Below are positions 27,918 to 32,000 of a DNA stretch of 32,000 nucleotides, in pieces; position 1 is the first letter of the stretch; every line of letters starts with the position of its first letter. The notes under the pieces are model-generated. The model made no database searches and had not been told where the DNA came from. It was given only the letters and a program-made list of their open reading frames with translations. The DNA is taken from the NCBI RefSeq assembly GCF_000025925.1, contig NC_014033.1:2550001-2582000 (forward strand), in the 5' to 3' direction. Origin of the DNA: Xylanibacter ruminicola 23 (lineage in GTDB: Bacteria; Bacteroidota; Bacteroidia; Bacteroidales; Bacteroidaceae). Made by a program: the position numbers and the translations under genes.

Positions 27918-28354
27918 GCCTGTTTATAATCTTCGTTTTGTGAAAGCACGTTCAAATCTTCATCCAGTTTTTTCAGTAGCGGAGCATAGTTGCTATAAAT
28001 CAGCCTAACTATTGGCAGCACCTCTTCTTCATCGTAAACATGACTGAGCGTATTACGCGCCTTTGACATTTTACGCCAAGCATCATGATCACCGATAAGG
28101 CCATCGTCGAAAGCCATCTTTAGTGTACCATTTGGCCCCAACATAAATTCATACCCCTTATAAATCAGAATATCCTGCAACACCTTCCATGCCAATTCGA
28201 AAGTATACTCGAAGCGCTGCACCAGGCCCTCAACTTCCAACTCAGACAGGTCCTCCAAAAACCTGTCAGCCTCAGTCACCTCAACGAGTCTGCCACATGC
28301 CTTATGATAATTAGCATATCGCTGAATCCACCTTATATCTTTCTGCTCTTCCAT
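27914..28354 (-). CDS. HEPN-domain protein (nucleotidyltransferase substrate-binding, HI0074 family), putative toxin
   Basis: 146 aa, helical. R-x4-H HEPN motif in KARNTLSHVYDEE. The pattern RFEYTFELAWKVLQD is typical of the HI0074 family. Paired with an MNT gene. Confidence 0.82.
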   Translation of the reverse strand: MEEQKDIRWIQRYANYHKACGRLVEVTEADRFLEDLSELEVEGLVQRFEYTFELAWKVLQDILIYKGYEFMLGPNGTLKMAFDDGLIGDHDAWRKMSKARNTLSHVYDEEEVLPIVRLIYSNYAPLLKKLDEDLNVLSQNEDYKQA

Positions 28355-28377
28355 TTCTGAAATCCATTATTTGCGGG

Positions 28378-28385
28378 CAAATATA
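28378..28385 (-). promoter_or_regulatory. Bacteroidota -7 promoter box (TATATTTG) for the HEPN-MNT operon
   Basis: Plus strand CAAATATA equals minus-strand TATATTTG, 24 nt upstream of the HEPN ATG at 28354. Confidence 0.5.
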
Positions 28386-28574
28386 CAATGTTTTTTTCAA
28401 ATTAGCAAGCAAACACAACAAAATATGCGAAAAAACGGCAGGTATTCTTCCATCCGAAAGCAGCAATTTTTGAGAATTCTGAGGTTTTGTGGCAAGAAAA
28501 AATCACCAAAACAGAGATGTTCTTAAAAAAATATAATTCTTCTATTTAGTTTTTGAGGAATGGACAAAAACGTC

Positions 28575-28582
28575 TACTTTTG
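28575..28582 (+). promoter_or_regulatory. Bacteroidota -7 promoter box (TACTTTTG) for the thioredoxin-fold gene
   Basis: Plus strand TACTTTTG matches TAnnTTTG, 28 nt upstream of the ATG at 28610. Confidence 0.5.
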
Positions 28583-28609
28583 CATCCACTCAAGAAACAA
28601 TAATTAAAA

Positions 28610-30955
28610 ATGAAGAAACTTTTATCAACTATCGTGCTGGCTATAACCTGTGTGGCTGCGTTGGCGCAAAAATCCAAAGTGTGGGATGATGTCATTACTG
28701 GTTATTGCAACATTCCCGTTATCGATATAACCAAAGTTACGTTTACGCCAGATAGTACCGAAGTGTGCATGCGGCTTAGTTTTCGAGCTGGCAAGCAGTT
28801 TGGATTCACCAGTGGCACACATCTGAAAGTAGGTACTCAGCAGTACGCCGTCAAGAACGCAACCGTTATCAAACTCAACGAGGGTTACACCATGCCTACT
28901 GATACGGTAGACTTCTCGCTGATATTTAATCCTGCACCACTCGGCACCACGCGGATGGATTTGATTGAACCCGCAGGTTTAACGTTCTCGAACATTCATG
29001 GAGCTGGCGAGATTCCTGATGGCATCATTGATACCTATTGGCGCAACAATGCTACAGGCGATTGGCTGATAGGTTTTGCTGTCAACCACGTGATATATAA
29101 TAATAAGGTGTGGGATATCGCCACGCTGACAAACAATAAGGATGCTTACACCATTGCCCTTACCGATGGGCCAATCATCAAGGTAGGAAAGTTAAAGAAG
29201 AGTAAGCGCACCATCGGTATCGACCAGCAAAAGGGCATCGTATGTAGTCCCATCACCACAGCTACTATGCCCGATTATCCTACAAAGGATATGCGCAAGG
29301 GATTTGTAGACAACGGTTATCGTGCAGGCGACAGCGTAACCATCGTTGGCTGGCTGAAAGATATGCCAGAACAGGCATGGAAACAGAGTGGAGAGTTTGA
29401 AGCAATCATCAGTCACCTCATCATCGATAATCAGGAAAGATATACCACAAAACTCGACTCGCTGGGGCGTTTCACCCTGCGTTTCCCATTGGTCAATTCG
29501 TCAGACGCCTTCCTTGATCTGCGCCGTTCTTCTGTTTCACCAGTACTTGAGCCTGGCAAGACCTATTTCTTCCTCAAGGACTTTAAGACTGGACAAGTGT
29601 TGTTTATGGGCGATGATGCCCGCTTGCAGAACGAACTTGCTGCCTGTCCTGCAGCATGGGGTTATCGACGCATCAATCAAGGCGAGGATGCGATGCAGTT
29701 CAAGACACGTATGGATGGCATCTGTGAGGCGATGAAGGCTGAGATACAGGAGAACATTGCAAAGCGCCCCAATCTCTCGCAACGCTATATCGACTACGTG
29801 AATGGCTTGTGTTTGGCTGGTCAAGGAGAATCGATGATGCAGGCACGTTTCGTAGTGCCTGGCAAAGAATTGCCAAAGGAGTATATGGATTACGTCACCA
29901 CGCAACTATGGCAGAAAATGCCTAAACCCTATACACTCTTTATGCCCTTCTCAACCTTTATGCGCGACTATCTCGACCAAGTGGTAACAGAGCGTCATGG
30001 CGTAAAAATTGATCGTTACACCATTACCTTGCCCGAAGGGGCCTATCCCACCATTCTGCGCCGGGCTAAGGCTGACGGCAGGGTGTCGATTACCGACGAT
30101 GAGATAGCCCTTGTAGAGCGTTATGCAGAAGCATATCGTAAGGAGTATGCTGCTCAAGCCCAAAACCAGAAAATAGATAGTCTTAACATCAATATTAGCA
30201 ACAGCTACTCTGAGCAATATCTTGCCATTATGGAGCGCCCTGATGTAAAGACTGTGATAGATGAAGAGAGTACGTTGGTTGATATCTACTACCAGCTAGA
30301 GGCTGTAAAATCAACGAATCCTGACCCAGCTTTGATAGACTTGGCCTTGGCTCACAGATTCTATTGGACGCTCAACAGCTTCCGCAAGTCATTAGCCCCC
30401 GCTGCGCTGAACTTTGCGCTGCAAGAAATCAAGTTGCCTGCTGCACTCGATATTGTGAAGACAACAAACGACAAGTACATAGCCCTTGAGCATCAAGATT
30501 TGACTAATGCAGCCAGCCTGCGTCCATCTACCGATGTGGAGAATATGACCGATGGCGAGAAGATGCTACGTAAGATTATCGAGCCATACAAGGGGCGCGT
30601 TATCTACCTCGATGTGTGGGGCACATGGTGCGGACCATGTAAGCAGCGGCTAAAAGACTCGTGGAAGGAGAAGGAGGCACTCAAGGATTTAGATATTGTA
30701 TACCTCTATCTCTGTAACGGCAGCAGCGACGAATCGTGGAAGAATGTCATCAAGGAGTATAACTTAGCAGGTCCCAACTGCGTTCATTACAATCTGCCCA
30801 AAGAGCAGCAGAGTGCCATCGAGCGTTACCTGAACGTACAAGGCTTTCCCACCTATAAAATCATAGACAAGCAAGGCAACATCCACGACCTGGATTGGCT
30901 CCACGCTGACGACATGGAGGCATTCAAACAGACTATGGAAAAGTTCTGCAAGTAA
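28610..30955 (+). CDS. Secreted protein with C-terminal TlpA-like thioredoxin domain (WCGPC active site)
   Basis: 781 aa. Signal peptide MKKLLSTIVLAITCVAALAQ. About 640 aa of unassigned N-terminal sequence. The C-terminal thioredoxin fold has VIYLDVWGTWCGPCKQ ... GFPTYKIIDKQGN. Confidence 0.85.
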   Translation: MKKLLSTIVLAITCVAALAQKSKVWDDVITGYCNIPVIDITKVTFTPDSTEVCMRLSFRAGKQFGFTSGTHLKVGTQQYAVKNATVIKLNEGYTMPTDTVDFSLIFNPAPLGTTRMDLIEPAGLTFSNIHGAGEIPDGIIDTYWRNNATGDWLIGFAVNHVIYNNKVWDIATLTNNKDAYTIALTDGPIIKVGKLKKSKRTIGIDQQKGIVCSPITTATMPDYPTKDMRKGFVDNGYRAGDSVTIVGWLKDMPEQAWKQSGEFEAIISHLIIDNQERYTTKLDSLGRFTLRFPLVNSSDAFLDLRRSSVSPVLEPGKTYFFLKDFKTGQVLFMGDDARLQNELAACPAAWGYRRINQGEDAMQFKTRMDGICEAMKAEIQENIAKRPNLSQRYIDYVNGLCLAGQGESMMQARFVVPGKELPKEYMDYVTTQLWQKMPKPYTLFMPFSTFMRDYLDQVVTERHGVKIDRYTITLPEGAYPTILRRAKADGRVSITDDEIALVERYAEAYRKEYAAQAQNQKIDSLNINISNSYSEQYLAIMERPDVKTVIDEESTLVDIYYQLEAVKSTNPDPALIDLALAHRFYWTLNSFRKSLAPAALNFALQEIKLPAALDIVKTTNDKYIALEHQDLTNAASLRPSTDVENMTDGEKMLRKIIEPYKGRVIYLDVWGTWCGPCKQRLKDSWKEKEALKDLDIVYLYLCNGSSDESWKNVIKEYNLAGPNCVHYNLPKEQQSAIERYLNVQGFPTYKIIDKQGNIHDLDWLHADDMEAFKQTMEKFCK

Positions 30956-30958
30956 TTA

Positions 30959-32000
30959 TTATATCTCCTTGCAAGCATCTTTTAGCCATTCTTTTTCCTC
31001 ATCATCGAGATGGGGTGAAAGGGTGGCTAAAACATGCTGGTGATATTGGTTGAGCCAGGCGATTTCTTCGTCTAAGAGCATCTCTTTTACAATCGGCGTG
31101 GTGTCGATGGGACAGAGGGTAAGACTCTCGAACTGCAGGAACTCTCCAAACTGGGTTTCCATGTAGGGCGTAATCAGCAGGGTGTTCTCCACACGAACAC
31201 CGAACTTTCCTTCGAGATAGATACCTGGTTCGTCGGTAATAGTCATACCAGCTACAAGGGGTGCTGGTTTCCACTCCATACGGAACTGATGGGGACCTTC
31301 GTGCACATTCAGATAAGTGCCCACACCATGACCTGTGCCATGCAGATAGTTCAAGCCCTCGCGCCACATTGCCTCTCGGGCCAGAATATCTATCTGGGTA
31401 CCACTGGCTCCACTGGGGAACTTGCAGAGTTCTATCTGGACATGACCTTTAAGCACCAGTGTATAGATTCGCTTCTGCTCCTCGGTGAGCGGACCAAGGG
31501 CGATGGTACGGGTGATGTCGGTAGTACCATCCAGATACTGTGCACCACTATCCAACAGCAGAAAACCTTCGGGTTTTAGTGGGATATCGGTCTCAGGTGT
31601 AGCCTCGTAATGCACAATGGCTCCATGTGCCTGATAGCCAGCGATGGTATCGAAAGAGATGTCGCGATAAAGTGGTTGCTCAGCACGAAGCGAGGTCAGT
31701 TTCTTGTCGATAGAGATTTCCGTCTGTCCTCCGGCCTCAACAGCAGGTTTCAACCACGACAGGAACTTCACCATCGCAATACCATCTTTGAGCATGGCCG
31801 ATTTAAAGCCTTCAATCTCTGTAGTATTCTTGACGGTTTTCATGCGCTTGACTGGTGATTCCACCTCTACTATCTCACGGGTGACCCGCTTATAAAGCGT
31901 ATAGTTAACCTCATCAGGATCGAGCAGGATATTATACTCGAAATAATCCTTCAGACCTTTTGCCACTACCTCGTAAGGTGCCACCCCTACCCCTTCGGCT
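30959..32000 (-). CDS. pepP: Xaa-Pro aminopeptidase (M24B family), N-terminus runs off the window
   Basis: The listed 341-aa ORF starts at a GTG, but the frame stays open to the window end. M24 metal-ligand motifs: LLLDSGAQYLDGTTDITRT, LHGTGHGVGTYLNVHEGP, ITDEPGIYLEGKFGVRVEN. Confidence 0.9.
   Translation of the reverse strand, partial: AEGVGVAPYEVVAKGLKDYFEYNILLDPDEVNYTLYKRVTREIVEVESPVKRMKTVKNTTEIEGFKSAMLKDGIAMVKFLSWLKPAVEAGGQTEISIDKKLTSLRAEQPLYRDISFDTIAGYQAHGAIVHYEATPETDIPLKPEGFLLLDSGAQYLDGTTDITRTIALGPLTEEQKRIYTLVLKGHVQIELCKFPSGASGTQIDILAREAMWREGLNYLHGTGHGVGTYLNVHEGPHQFRMEWKPAPLVAGMTITDEPGIYLEGKFGVRVENTLLITPYMETQFGEFLQFESLTLCPIDTTPIVKEMLLDEEIAWLNQYHQHVLATLSPHLDDEEKEWLKDACKEI

Larger units (their letters stand above)
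22830..28354 (-). mobile_element. Putative integrase-less accessory module (cryptic replicative element or island): HEPN/MNT, HU-like protein, origin-like repeats, orphan protein, primase-helicase
   Basis: Gene content switches abruptly from universal core genes to element-type genes. Replication-initiation protein lies next to an iteron/palindrome block, with an addiction-type TA pair at one edge. Boundaries are approximate and no recombinase or att site could be established. Confidence 0.4.

Noticed and set aside
30953-30961. Convergent stop codons of the thioredoxin-fold gene and pepP only 3 nt apart with no terminator hairpin.
   Set aside because: This is a real observation, but tight convergent gene ends are common and nothing further can be inferred from the sequence.

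Overview
Bacteroidales-type chromosomal window, Prevotellaceae-like judging by the EF-Tu/RpoB sequences and the recurring TAnnTTTG -7 promoter boxes. Almost all genes are on the minus strand. Positions 4.1-22.7 kb hold the classic translation/transcription supercluster in canonical order. Read along the minus strand it runs: rpsU, a XerC-like recombinase, hpf, tRNA-Thr(TGT)/Tyr/Gly/Thr(GGT), tuf, tRNA-Trp, secE, nusG, rplK-rplA-rplJ-rplL, rpoB, rpoC, rpsL-rpsG-fusA-rpsJ. After rpsJ there is a strong intrinsic terminator instead of rplC. It is followed by a blaI / blaR1-like (M56 peptidase + TonB C-terminal domain) / TPR / GLPGLI envelope cluster at 1-3.9 kb. The only clearly accessory stretch is 22.8-28.4 kb, which has three parts. 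(a) A HEPN/MNT (HI0074/HI0073-type) toxin-antitoxin pair with its own promoter and terminator. (b) An HU-like DNA-binding protein. (c) A 350-bp non-coding block followed by an orphan ~490-aa single-TM protein and a 716-aa AEP-primase/PriCT/DUF3987-type helicase. The non-coding block contains two copies of a 32-bp palindrome flanking an AT-rich spacer, plus three families of direct repeats, each spaced exactly 22 bp. This looks like replication-initiation hardware next to an origin-like region, but no integrase, relaxase or structural genes are visible. It is the best candidate for something undescribed here. Positions 28.6-32 kb carry a large secreted thioredoxin-fold (WCGPC) protein and a truncated Xaa-Pro aminopeptidase. 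I found no rRNA, CRISPR array or transposase. All calls come from reading the sequence and ORF translations by eye. Family names are recalled from motif knowledge and need HMM/BLAST confirmation.
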